Position numbers and translations under genes: made by a program. The notes beneath the pieces were generated by a model. The model was not told the DNA's origin, did no database searches, and saw only the letters and a list, made by a program, of their open reading frames with translations. Source: Patescibacteria group bacterium (GTDB lineage Bacteria > Patescibacteriota > Patescibacteriia > Patescibacteriales > JAQTRU01). From it: 64,000 bases of DNA. Shown here piece after piece: positions 9,901 to 17,114 of this stretch; position 1 is the stretch's first letter, and each line of letters opens with the position of its first letter. The DNA is taken from contig JAQUPG010000006.1 in assembly GCA_028716725.1 (NCBI GenBank), positions 3,686-67,685 of the forward strand. Direction: 5' to 3'.

Positions 9901-12554
9901 GCGGGCGGGTCGGTTTGATCGCAACCCATATAGGCCGGAGCCAATTTTTCATAAACGACATTGACCGCTCCGTATTCTTTATAAGCTGTGGCTTTAAGCC
10001 CGATTTCAAATTGGATATTGTCAACATAAAATTCGACTTCGCCTGGCCCGTATCCATAAATATAAAATTCATTAGCCCCAATACTCTCATCGTTGTTTAA
10101 AGTTACAGCTATTCTCCCCCAACTTCCTTTCTCGGTTAATCCTTTCTCTCCCCAATCCGTGTCATTATTACCAATCGCTACCACTATTTGGCCTCCTTTT
10201 ACTAAATAAACATCTGCACTCAAAGTATAGGAAACTCCCGGCTCCATCATAAATCCTTTCGGGGTTATAGACACTTCGTTATAGTAGCTGGAAGAATGGT
10301 CATAGGAATACAAACCGCCCCTACCGCTTCCCATTGTGATATGTAGAATTTTTCCGGATCTACCCGGCGCATTATCTATAATTTGAGCCTGTAAATCAGT
10401 CCCCCCTTCCTGATATAACGGCCAATTATTAAGTTTAACCTCGCTTCCAGAAATGGAAGTAACGGAAACACTGTCGCCAACGGTATTATCTTCAAATCCG
10501 GAATTAACAACTAAATTGGTGCCTAGGCCGGATTTTGTCCTGATAAACTCGTGGCAACCCTCGTTTTCCTGCTTGCATCCCTCAACGCTTTGGTTGAAGT
10601 AAATCGAATCGGAACTGATCCAATCAACGGCATTGGTGCCGGAATCGTAGCTGGTAAAGGATGTGGCGTATCCTTTGCAACCGGCATTGTCTGGAGAACA
10701 ACCGCTATAATCCAAAGTGTTTTCCAAATAAGAAACGGTTTTCCCGTTTTGCCCGCGGAAAGTCTGGCAGGTATTATATTTAGGTTCGCAGGCCGCGGCC
10801 CCAAAATTCCAGGCCCGGCGCTCCTCTGTACAGTAGCCATAAGCTTCGCAGGAACCGTCTTGCCTTTCTTTAATGCAGCTTTGTTCGTCTGCGCAATAAT
10901 CATCGCTGCGGGCAACCGATCTTTCTTTGCCCCCCTCGCCGCCGTCAGCTATCTCGTCAGAAGTTATTTCCGGGCCGTAGCCTTCTTTGGCGCAAAAATT
11001 CTGCGGCGCCTTCAGAACCCAATTCGGGTCAACCAGACCGCGGCACCATCTCTCCCCGCCATCATCGTTATACCCGCGATAATTGTCGGTCGGGTCAAAG
11101 CAGGCAATCATTTTTCCTAAAATGGCATCTTTTAATTTGTCTTGATGGGAATGAATATATTCCGCCGCCAATTCCCAGCCAACCGGGATAATCCTGTATT
11201 TTCTTAAAATTATCATTGACCGGTAGGGATAACCCTGATTATAAACCGGCTCCATCGCCCCGGAACCACCGGACCTAAAGCCGAAAGGCCAGTCTTTCAG
11301 ATATCCCAAACTTATTGCCTCCCCCACCGTCTTTCTCTCTTCTATGGCCTGCCTGAAGCCCTCATCAATAACGCAATCGGTCGGTCCGGCTTTGCTTGGG
11401 GCAGGGCATGTTGATAGTTCGGCTAAAATATCATAATCCGCCCTGGTATTAAATCTGGGCTCTAATAATTGCCTTAAAGAATCATTGGCACCGGAAGTGG
11501 GGCTGGCTTCAAAATTAGCCAAGTTATTATAGTCAAAAGGGGAAGAGGCTGGCCCGACTTTTTCTCCCAGCTTCATCATTTTGGCATTAAAGGCGGCAAT
11601 CGCCAATTGGTTTATAAATATTTTAGAAGCGTCAACTAAGGCGTTGTTTGTAAACTTGCCAATATTGCTTAAAATATTCGCGCTGGATACCTCAAAAGAA
11701 GTCTTCGCCCAGCTGGGCAGGCTTTTTAAATTACCGGCTATGTCGGTCGGGTCAAGCCAGCCCCCGTTTGCCTGCAATTTTAATCCCTCTTCATCTAAAG
11801 TAGTTTTTGCCTTGTCCATCATTCCCGTTTGTAAAGTCAGGGCAATGCCCAAATCATTCCCCGCCGGATTAAATGATTGCTGGAAAATTTTTAAAAAGTC
11901 CGGCTGGCTCATAGCGGCCAATCTTTCATATTCGTTCTTCCAGTTATTTTTCATTTTTGACCAGGTACAATCCGGCTCTTTGGGCCGGTTCATATCCACC
12001 AAGCCCAGGCCTATTTTCATTTTAATATCAAGTTTCGGCTCGCATAAATTAAACTTAACATAACCGTTGTTTTGCCCTAAATCCTCTATAAACTGCCCCT
12101 TGGCCCTGTCTTCCATATTGCTTAGATATGTCTCCCAATTTTCCTTTATAAACAAAGAGCCCTGGCCTTTATTGCCCGTTGCCAGTCTGTTGGCGGCGTC
12201 ATAAGCCAATTTATTCAAAGTTGAGGTTATGGAATCCTGCAAAATCGAAGATCCGCTCTTAAGCGCAGCCTCTTTTGTCTTAGCCCATGACTTTTCCCAT
12301 TGAGACATTGCATCCCATTTTTCCTGCGCTGCCAGTCTGTCCGCCTCTGCCTTCTTTGCGTCTGCCTGCTGTAACGTTGTTTGCGTTTGTATTAATGCAT
12401 CTGTTGCCGGGGCAACAACTGTCATCTGCGCATAAACCGGTTCGGTTTTAAAAGAAAAAGAGGCAAATAAAAGCAAAAATATAATAATAAAACCAACAAT
12501 AAATAAAGATTTCGTTTTATTATATTTATTTACCTTTTTCTTTGGGGAAATCAT
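3918..12554 (-). CDS. giant secreted/surface protein (2878 aa), multi-domain, cysteine-rich, adhesin-like
   Basis: Uninterrupted 8.6 kb ORF with N-terminal signal anchor KSLFIVGFIIIFLLLFASFSF..VYA. Three beta-sandwich CBM4/9-like modules start N(S/N/G)(G/D)F(E/P) and end (V/I/F)DxI(Q/R/K): approx nt 10000-10520, 8830-9210 and 6750-7200. PA14-like stretch AIADDQFWLYIDG at approx 6250-6500. A ~395-aa block with 54 Cys by my count lies at approx 4370-5580. C-terminal PKD-like domain (YEVNWGDGG...HSVYHLYSY...AIKDNWGYT) at approx 3921-4310. Confidence 0.9.
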   Translation of the reverse strand: MISPKKKVNKYNKTKSLFIVGFIIIFLLLFASFSFKTEPVYAQMTVVAPATDALIQTQTTLQQADAKKAEADRLAAQEKWDAMSQWEKSWAKTKEAALKSGSSILQDSITSTLNKLAYDAANRLATGNKGQGSLFIKENWETYLSNMEDRAKGQFIEDLGQNNGYVKFNLCEPKLDIKMKIGLGLVDMNRPKEPDCTWSKMKNNWKNEYERLAAMSQPDFLKIFQQSFNPAGNDLGIALTLQTGMMDKAKTTLDEEGLKLQANGGWLDPTDIAGNLKSLPSWAKTSFEVSSANILSNIGKFTNNALVDASKIFINQLAIAAFNAKMMKLGEKVGPASSPFDYNNLANFEASPTSGANDSLRQLLEPRFNTRADYDILAELSTCPAPSKAGPTDCVIDEGFRQAIEERKTVGEAISLGYLKDWPFGFRSGGSGAMEPVYNQGYPYRSMIILRKYRIIPVGWELAAEYIHSHQDKLKDAILGKMIACFDPTDNYRGYNDDGGERWCRGLVDPNWVLKAPQNFCAKEGYGPEITSDEIADGGEGGKERSVARSDDYCADEQSCIKERQDGSCEAYGYCTEERRAWNFGAAACEPKYNTCQTFRGQNGKTVSYLENTLDYSGCSPDNAGCKGYATSFTSYDSGTNAVDWISSDSIYFNQSVEGCKQENEGCHEFIRTKSGLGTNLVVNSGFEDNTVGDSVSVTSISGSEVKLNNWPLYQEGGTDLQAQIIDNAPGRSGKILHITMGSGRGGLYSYDHSSSYYNEVSITPKGFMMEPGVSYTLSADVYLVKGGQIVVAIGNNDTDWGEKGLTEKGSWGRIAVTLNNDESIGANEFYIYGYGPGEVEFYVDNIQFEIGLKATAYKEYGAVNVVYEKLAPAYMGCDQTDPPALCNKFVGTCRPADVGCEAYTGVADGISIPAKTTISDYCLQECDGFDTYVQAETNFASSFVEYLIPGEAKTCSADAVGCDEFTNLDEVAKGGEGKEYYTYLRQCIKPDSTCAEFYTWEGSDESGYQLKVFNLQKEGDDPKVTSADSSECDATKYNLPATDPNYNPDCRQFYNKAGEVSYHLYTRTISCSDNCHAYRRTDDSTVYMAIPGEGKSCGAFQSGCREYSGNRGSNMRIILNNDFPGNTQDWTGGIASEALTVGGNSLRTTGNSTAKTVGASVQKGRSYVLSFIAKEDGATKFNSISLAGSNGTEEVVLTDALTSEWKLYKFNLAKLNHEAGADESLTIAANGNFFIDDIRLTEIIDRYYLIKNSWTTPASCNQDINGNAFPLYMLGCGQYKDRAKNTHYLHNFSGLCQESAVGCELMIDTQNSSEAGTSASATDPVVTIAADSLTYVVYDKTKQCNKAEKGCSRFGSPYRYGEEIVYGDVYLKNNPDKYHEILCDKEGEGCQAWGVGNGNSFFKDPGDMVCEWRQIAGASETGWGWYKKKVKRCGDNDGKICLKNQDCLVDSPTTCVKNEDCGSSNLCLNKKCYKTCQLETQDTPCPASDLKTFGYGGEGQTVYQPEGGWAGTCPAAQGGCSEYIDPISKPATGASYKDKDQVSLEPSTLYILKGIGAGTNSIKNCSSQSLRLLKEDNTLDSPASSVAVSGNGLVIFFNNSSGRNDCTITGELNLKKAIVEYRLKQELDKTTCKGLVDFEQGCILLNERTQNSGSGLAGLNFDANLTIDDKNGVSPQKSLSGENNANGSPVKVSPNRVCDQWLACRSYIKDKNGNNVCFDIGLCNSFDDNGNCGNFIASTGDKAEQIFKDGDDPNLISNLTGYSKFGYEGGDLGNNYYPLGEMEQVGDIISLSNGGFEMAGGNGYPVGWSNAGGGIWDESKFKVITDAAEAKAALGFSPPEGRNILKMSSGTSIASEEINFESKVYVVSAYINTMSLSGGTVGLKTSDDRWSLIVGPGNDGYVEKKLDNLSGLISGKLIVTSSAFGGLAYFDDIKIKPALEIKQNTYSSQSCRLYPKEDSLSCSYVDNSGVTQKGLTGYCLEYDRRPGSTDSCLLWYPVDKVKGEGIEEGAGYKGKFPLYYCTGLTDGIELKYKAIADDQFWLYIDGVKENGDNGDLVHGGTSRDYRRGVTTKKFAPGKHVVVLKAYNRPAGDGYVEALIEAANSAYMEPMPTSIDDKYGWSCAEIPNTTLNKGYYFGPQEIPSVETGKGINELDYGYQDNLKWGKPTYVDDSTRNPGVQKIWAGDADVKDKTIVCRAIINIAPVCQEFIQTVSAAGENKVYQSLLSGGKSGFTVNINQGISGYFDKADYSSDASPFGTIVYPEPAANPYEWDTKNDEGIQPLYYSQDKNSSRMGQLYIDADTNPPNIYYEGELKKLFAQSYGRYRLSDGVCSLNEQACTVKQTCTGGGYCAQTGDKFYSCDDQSGNEGQECFPPLDGNPVCPAENCRYNEEADAYTCGGTASGSLCCAPLSFCIGGKCSNSGATCDIEGTGTPDDCNFTGEYKCNSTVKTTAGSGTNCCYGGICKKVCSSDSNKHEQNCSVDGDCPIWRCDNINVFCDMEADDRDAPCQTYRCVNGDLDGNSCDIHNASSCEGDFSCPQGVCSNDNSISCYDNSPCSAGSGTCLRYCDGGSRIGQDCTVSADCPMNPGHCTPFSGKCKDVGPGTCLSEKCIGGENPGIECAPDTNGIKDGCVVTDDFCVKVYKINNGKRCCGLDTGDPQCIENTGDGLYACVGGQNGGQPCSRLEAEIKPCSQCSNDPSKTKICSTNTDCTTADSVGECQIGTCEGAGRYIPDSGFANWTPIDGSNPNIGHVKVNNVETGETTIIKNGFANLTFNTAVDVNQLPLVRYEVNWGDGGTTVVSGVEMNHRPDEKTPHSVYHLYSYWDLRNKAGKTGTSITCGAEGDTGYCLIQPTVAIKDNWGYTDSEPFSGTIKVKEK

Positions 12555-12582
12555 ATTATTATTTAATAAATTTCTAATTACT

Positions 12583-12711
12583 CTAATTTCTAAGAGGAAT
12601 AGTTATATTATTTTTAGGGATTTTTTTGGCAAACTTAATAATATTTTCACCAAATTTCGCGGTTCTTTCTTCCAAATTATATTTAGAGCTGTTAGTTTGA
12701 TTATTAGACAT
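12583..12711 (-). pseudogene. truncated four-helix-bundle (23S rRNA IVS / Avd-like family) gene fragment, 42 codons
   Basis: Minus-strand ORF MSNNQTNSSKYNLEERTAKFGENIIKFAKKIPKNNITIPLRN* matches the N-terminal helix pattern (dLEERt.kFa..ii.f.kklPk) that I recall for this family, then stops. Bracketed by an 11-bp inverted repeat ctaatttctaa (12583-12593) / ttagaaattag (12730-12740). Confidence 0.4.
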
Positions 12712-12782
12712 TCGAGAATTGGGATTTATTTAGAAATTAGGTTAATTAGGTTAATTAAAAATTTACTAAGTTCTTATTGGCT

Positions 12783-13457
12783 CTACTGGCTTTGCAAAAT
12801 CTCCTGATAGCTGGCCATTAAATCCGCATCGCTTATTTCATTCAAAGTTTCCTGGTCCATCCCTGATTCCAAAAGCATTTTCCTCAAAGCCGAGGCATCG
12901 CTTTGCCCCTCAAGCATTTTTTGCAAATCTTCTTCCTGCACCGAAGCCGGCACGTCCAAAGTTGCGCCCGTATTCAAATCCGGGATGGCCTGGCCGGAAA
13001 CGGGCTCCTCTTCCGCTGTACCCGCGGCAGGGCTGGTATCAATTAAAGTCGAGCAATCCCGGCCAGCCGGGCAATTCGGGTCGGTTCCGGTCCCAATTTC
13101 TTCCTTATCAGAAATGCCGTCGCTGTCGCTGTCTTCCAAATAAGGGGAAGTTTCATAAACATTAAGTTCATCCCAGTCTGTCAGCCTGTCGCCGTCCGTA
13201 TCCATTGTTTTAAGGGATTCCTGGCAATCCGGACCTTCGCAAGTGGCGGTGCTCCCGGGCGCTTCAGCCAAATTATAGGAAAAAGGACCATTAAGGCTTT
13301 CTTTTAATTGGGCCATCCACATAATAATTACAACCACGGCCAAAACCCCCAAAACCGCCACGGCGACTTTTTGGTTTTTGCCCAAACTTTGCCTCGTCCC
13401 CGGGCCTTGTTCCGGCTCCCCCTCATTTTTTAAATCATCATCATTATAATAATCCAT
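12783..13457 (-). CDS. single-pass membrane protein with thrombospondin type-3-like Ca-binding Asp repeats
   Basis: 224-aa ORF. TM helix VAVAVLGVLAVVVIIMWMA, then DTDGDRLTDWDELNVYETSPYLEDSDSDGISDKEEIGTGTDPNCP (DxDxDG-type repeats). Confidence 0.75.
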   Translation of the reverse strand: MDYYNDDDLKNEGEPEQGPGTRQSLGKNQKVAVAVLGVLAVVVIIMWMAQLKESLNGPFSYNLAEAPGSTATCEGPDCQESLKTMDTDGDRLTDWDELNVYETSPYLEDSDSDGISDKEEIGTGTDPNCPAGRDCSTLIDTSPAAGTAEEEPVSGQAIPDLNTGATLDVPASVQEEDLQKMLEGQSDASALRKMLLESGMDQETLNEISDADLMASYQEILQSQ

Positions 13458-13606
13458 AAATATAAAATTAAAATAAGAAATTATACGAGAATATCTTAAA
13501 TCAGAAAATCACTCCTCTCGGAGGTTCCTCCATTTTTTGATTTTTTAATTTGTAGTCTTTTTTGTATTTTTTATTTTTATCATCCTCGCTATTATTATAA
13601 CACAAA

Positions 13607-14434
13607 TCAAATAAATTCTCCAAATAGTTTTACCCAGTCTTCCACTAACAGCTCTTGGGCCCTGATTTTGGGGTTAAAACCGGCTTCTTTTACCTTTTTT
13701 TCCGCTTCTGCCGAAGTTATATGAAAACCAGCCCCCAGATTATTTTTCAGCATTTTTCTCTTGGCGCTAAACCCGATTTTTACCATTCTAAAAAATTTCT
13801 CTTCATTTTGTACAGACGAACGGCCGTTCGTCTCAACAGCTAATTTTATTATAGCACTATCCACTTCCGGCTGGGGCCAAAAACAATTAGCCGGAACAAT
13901 ATCTATAATCTCCGGCCGGCTATAAAACTGGACGGAAACGGCCAATAGGCTCATTTTAGGGGGGCGGGCAACAATTCTTTCCGCCACTTCCTTTTGCAGC
14001 ATCAAAACCATCATCTCCGGCTTATTTTCCGCCGATAAAAACTTCCTTAGGAAGATAGAAGTTATATTGTACGGCAAGTTTGCCACCACTTTATAAATCC
14101 GAAATCCGAAATCCGAAATCCGAAATTTTAAAATATCACCATTTACCACTTCCACATTTTTTATCCCCTGCGACATTAAACCGGTTTGCAAAACTTCCGC
14201 TAATTTATCATCCAGTTCCACGGCCACAACTTTCTTCACGATTTTTGCCAGCCTCGTAGTTAAAAATCCCAAACCCGAACCAATTTCTAAAACGATATCA
14301 TCCGCCTTAAGATCAGCGGCCTTTACAATTTTTTCATAAACTTCTTCCTTGATTAAAAAATTCTGCCCGCGCGACCGGGCAGGCTTTATTTCGTACAATT
14401 GGCAAAGCTGTTTTGTCGTTTTTAACCAATCCAT
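13607..14434 (-). CDS. rsmA: 16S rRNA (adenine1518/1519-N6)-dimethyltransferase
   Basis: GQNFLI, SAM-binding VLEIGSGLGFLT, and ANLPYNITS motifs; 275 aa. Confidence 0.9.
   Translation of the reverse strand: MDWLKTTKQLCQLYEIKPARSRGQNFLIKEEVYEKIVKAADLKADDIVLEIGSGLGFLTTRLAKIVKKVVAVELDDKLAEVLQTGLMSQGIKNVEVVNGDILKFRISDFGFRIYKVVANLPYNITSIFLRKFLSAENKPEMMVLMLQKEVAERIVARPPKMSLLAVSVQFYSRPEIIDIVPANCFWPQPEVDSAIIKLAVETNGRSSVQNEEKFFRMVKIGFSAKRKMLKNNLGAGFHITSAEAEKKVKEAGFNPKIRAQELLVEDWVKLFGEFI
14098..14125. repeat. TCCGAAA x4 heptamer array inside rsmA
   Basis: Perfect tandem heptamers on the + strand, encoding ..FRISDFGFRIY.. on the minus strand. Confidence 0.9.
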
Positions 14435-14445
14435 ATATTAAAAAT

Positions 14446-14533
14446 TTCAAATGTCAAAATCCAAATGTCAAAAACGGCTTTGGGTTTTGAACTTTGGATT
14501 TTATTTGACATTTGAACTTTAGATTTTGGATTT
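14446..14533. repeat. spacer-filling imperfect palindrome built from A-tract words
   Basis: ttcaaatgtcaaaatccaaatgtcaaaa ... ttttgaactttggattttatttgacatttgaa, then ctttagattttggattt. Lies between the rsmA start and the MFS stop. Confidence 0.8.
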
Positions 14534-15755
14534 AGTCTATTATGCTTTCTCTTTTTATTATTTCTTCATCAGCTAAAAAATTCATAGACAGCGAAGCAAC
14601 CGCGGCTAAAACGAACATCCATTGAATATTAAAAAATGGCAGAAGAAGCAGAACAAAAATAAGCATAAAGCTCTTGCCGAACTGAACCGCCATTTCATGG
14701 ATAACGGTATATTCGTCAATATAATGGCCTTGGTCAGCCGTTCTCTCATAATTTAAAACGTCAAAAGGCGTCCGGGCAAAAATTCTGGCTAAATTATGAT
14801 AGGTTGAGGTGATAAAAATCTGAAAAGCGGTAGCGATAAAAATTTTAATAATCCAGCCTAAAGCGTAAAATATGCTGCCATACTTTAGCATCTTATTTTT
14901 GTTGCCCTTGTCGGCAAAACGGCCGACCGATAATTGCAAAAATATCGTTATGACAACAATTAAAGAAGATAAAGCCCCGACTTGAAAATAATTTCCGGAT
15001 AAAAGCTCCCAGATAAAAATCGGCCAAATAATAGTGCTAATTATGCTTTCCGCTCCGTCTCCGAAATAAGCCAGGACGGCTTTCCGGCGGCGGCGGGAAA
15101 AAAATTCTCTCCAGGTTTGTAAGTAACTCCAGGAAAAAATTTCTTTAGTTTTCGGCAAAGTGGCAAAAGGAATTAAGGATATAAAAAACGTTAAAATAGC
15201 GATTAAAAATAAAATGTCATAGCTGTAATGAGTTAAAATCCAGCCGGCCAGCAAAGGCATTACCGCCCCGATGGCGATTGTCGTTGCCCCCATTAAACCC
15301 AGTTGCTTTGCCCGGTTGCTTTTACTCGTAAATTTAGCCAAATCGGTATGGAGAGGAATCCAGTACATTAAACGGTTAAGGGTTAAGAAAAATACGGACA
15401 AAATTAGAAAAAAAATTATTTCTTTATAGCTCCACAACCATTCTGGCATTTTGGTGCCACGGTCAATAAGATAAAATATAAAATAAAAAGCTGCCCCCCA
15501 GACTATGCTTATCCTGAGCGACCGCCGTAATCCCACTTTATCTAAATATCTGGCCCCCCAGGCCACGGTTGCGCCATAAAGCAAATTCCCGATTAAGTAA
15601 TAATAAATAACCTTATTTAAATCAAAATTAAATAATTTGTATAAAAAAATAGGCAGAAATAATCCCAGCAAGCCGTCCGAAATCCATAAAACCATCCGAC
15701 CTGAATAAAGAGAAACAAACCCCTGGGAAATTCTGCCTTTAAAATATTTAAACAT
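14532..15755 (-). CDS. MFS-type transporter
   Basis: 407 aa with about 12 hydrophobic helices and a central charged loop (FFSRRRRKAV). General MFS look only. Confidence 0.6.
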   Translation of the reverse strand: MFKYFKGRISQGFVSLYSGRMVLWISDGLLGLFLPIFLYKLFNFDLNKVIYYYLIGNLLYGATVAWGARYLDKVGLRRSLRISIVWGAAFYFIFYLIDRGTKMPEWLWSYKEIIFFLILSVFFLTLNRLMYWIPLHTDLAKFTSKSNRAKQLGLMGATTIAIGAVMPLLAGWILTHYSYDILFLIAILTFFISLIPFATLPKTKEIFSWSYLQTWREFFSRRRRKAVLAYFGDGAESIISTIIWPIFIWELLSGNYFQVGALSSLIVVITIFLQLSVGRFADKGNKNKMLKYGSIFYALGWIIKIFIATAFQIFITSTYHNLARIFARTPFDVLNYERTADQGHYIDEYTVIHEMAVQFGKSFMLIFVLLLLPFFNIQWMFVLAAVASLSMNFLADEEIIKRESIID

Positions 15756-15891
15756 GAGTTTAAGTGCTTAGTTAAATAGTTAATTAGTTAAATGGGTTTC
15801 TATTTAAAAAACTAATAAACTAATTAACTATCTAACTAATCAACTACTATTTTATTAATTTTCAATTTTATAACTTTTGAACTTTATAAAC

Positions 15892-17103
15892 TCAATTTCC
15901 TATTATTACCGCGAGAGGCTTTAATTTAACAATTGGTTTGGCTAAATCCTTCTGATGCCCGATCACCTCTTCAATATTTTTATAAGCCTGCGGAGCTTCG
16001 TCAAATTTGCCGTGCCAGCGCCCGAATAAAACTCCGGCTATGGCTTTCTCCGCCTCTTTTTCCGAGATTTTTTTATTGGCTTCCCGCCGGCTCATCTGCC
16101 GACCGGCGCCATGGGAGCAGCTTTTAAAGCTTTCCGGATTGCCAAGCCCCTCAACAATAAAGCTTGGCGTACCCATACTCCCCGGCACGATTCCGAGTTG
16201 GCCGGCAAAAGCGGCTGTCGCGCCCTTGCGGTGAACTATTACCGACTGGCCGAAATGCTCTTCGCGCGCCGCATAATTATGATGAATGCCAACGCAAACT
16301 TCTTGTTCCTTGCTTTCCGAATTATGCTCTCTGTTAAAATTTATAAACTCATTTCCCGTAATATCAGAAAAAATTTCCATAAACCGCTTTATCATTAAAT
16401 CGCGGTTAGCTCTGGCAAATTCCAGGCAATAATTCATGGCCTGCCAATATTCCTTCCCCTCCTCCGAATCCAGGCCAAAAAAAGCTAAATCCTGGTTGGG
16501 CAAAGCCACGCTGTTTCGTTCGCAAAATTGCTGGGCTTTCCGGTGGTAAAAATTAGCCACTTTCAAGCCAAAATTGCGCGAGCCGCTATGAAGCATCAGC
16601 CAAATATTTCCTTCTCCTTTTATATCCCATTTTCCATCATCTATTTCCTGTAAAATTTCCAGGAAATGGTTGCCGCTGCCTAAAGTGCCGATTTGCTTGC
16701 GGGCCGAAGCCAGTTCCTGCTGGATAATGGGCACGTCCGGCGCCCTATCAAAACCTTCCCATTTTTGCGGTTTCCGGTGATGCTCAAATCCGACCGGAAT
16801 TTTCTTTCTCAACTCTCCTAAAATTTTTTTTAAAGTATTCTCTCCAATTTCTTTTAATAAAGATTTTACTGCCACCATACCGCAGCCGATATCAACGCCA
16901 ACCGCATTAGGAACGACAGCATCAATCGTTGCCAAAACTCCGCCAATCGGCATGCCATAGCCGACATGAGCGTCCGGCATAATGGCGATGTGGTGGAAAG
17001 CAACTGATAAATCCGCTAAATTTCTCGCCTGCTTTTCCGTTTCCGGCTCGATTTTATCCAGCCACATTTTTATAGGAATATTTTCCGAGTCAATTATCCG
17101 CAT
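15892..17103 (-). CDS. rtcB: RNA 3'-phosphate/2',3'-cyclic phosphate ligase RtcB
   Basis: PDAHVGYGMPIGGV, GSGNHF, HRKGAT, GSMGT and SCSHGAGR motifs; 403 aa. Confidence 0.9.
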   Translation of the reverse strand: MRIIDSENIPIKMWLDKIEPETEKQARNLADLSVAFHHIAIMPDAHVGYGMPIGGVLATIDAVVPNAVGVDIGCGMVAVKSLLKEIGENTLKKILGELRKKIPVGFEHHRKPQKWEGFDRAPDVPIIQQELASARKQIGTLGSGNHFLEILQEIDDGKWDIKGEGNIWLMLHSGSRNFGLKVANFYHRKAQQFCERNSVALPNQDLAFFGLDSEEGKEYWQAMNYCLEFARANRDLMIKRFMEIFSDITGNEFINFNREHNSESKEQEVCVGIHHNYAAREEHFGQSVIVHRKGATAAFAGQLGIVPGSMGTPSFIVEGLGNPESFKSCSHGAGRQMSRREANKKISEKEAEKAIAGVLFGRWHGKFDEAPQAYKNIEEVIGHQKDLAKPIVKLKPLAVIIGN

Positions 17104-17114
17104 TGTTAAATTAC

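Noticed and set aside
10551-11120. Long antisense or alternative-frame ORFs inside big genes. Examples: 10551-11120, 11581-12063, 5612-6049, 4575-5000 in the giant gene; 53341-53835, 54735-55202 in rpoB; 50893-51600 in rpoC; 32195-32689 in recJ.
   Set aside because: All are fully nested in strongly supported CDSs on the other strand or frame. Their translations are low-complexity (Ser/Pro/Ile-rich). They are expected shadow ORFs.
3918-12711. Diversity-generating retroelement idea: an Avd-like four-helix-bundle fragment next to a giant surface protein.
   Set aside because: The window has no reverse transcriptase. I found no template/variable repeat pair. The fragment lies at the 5' side of the target, not near a C-terminal variable region.
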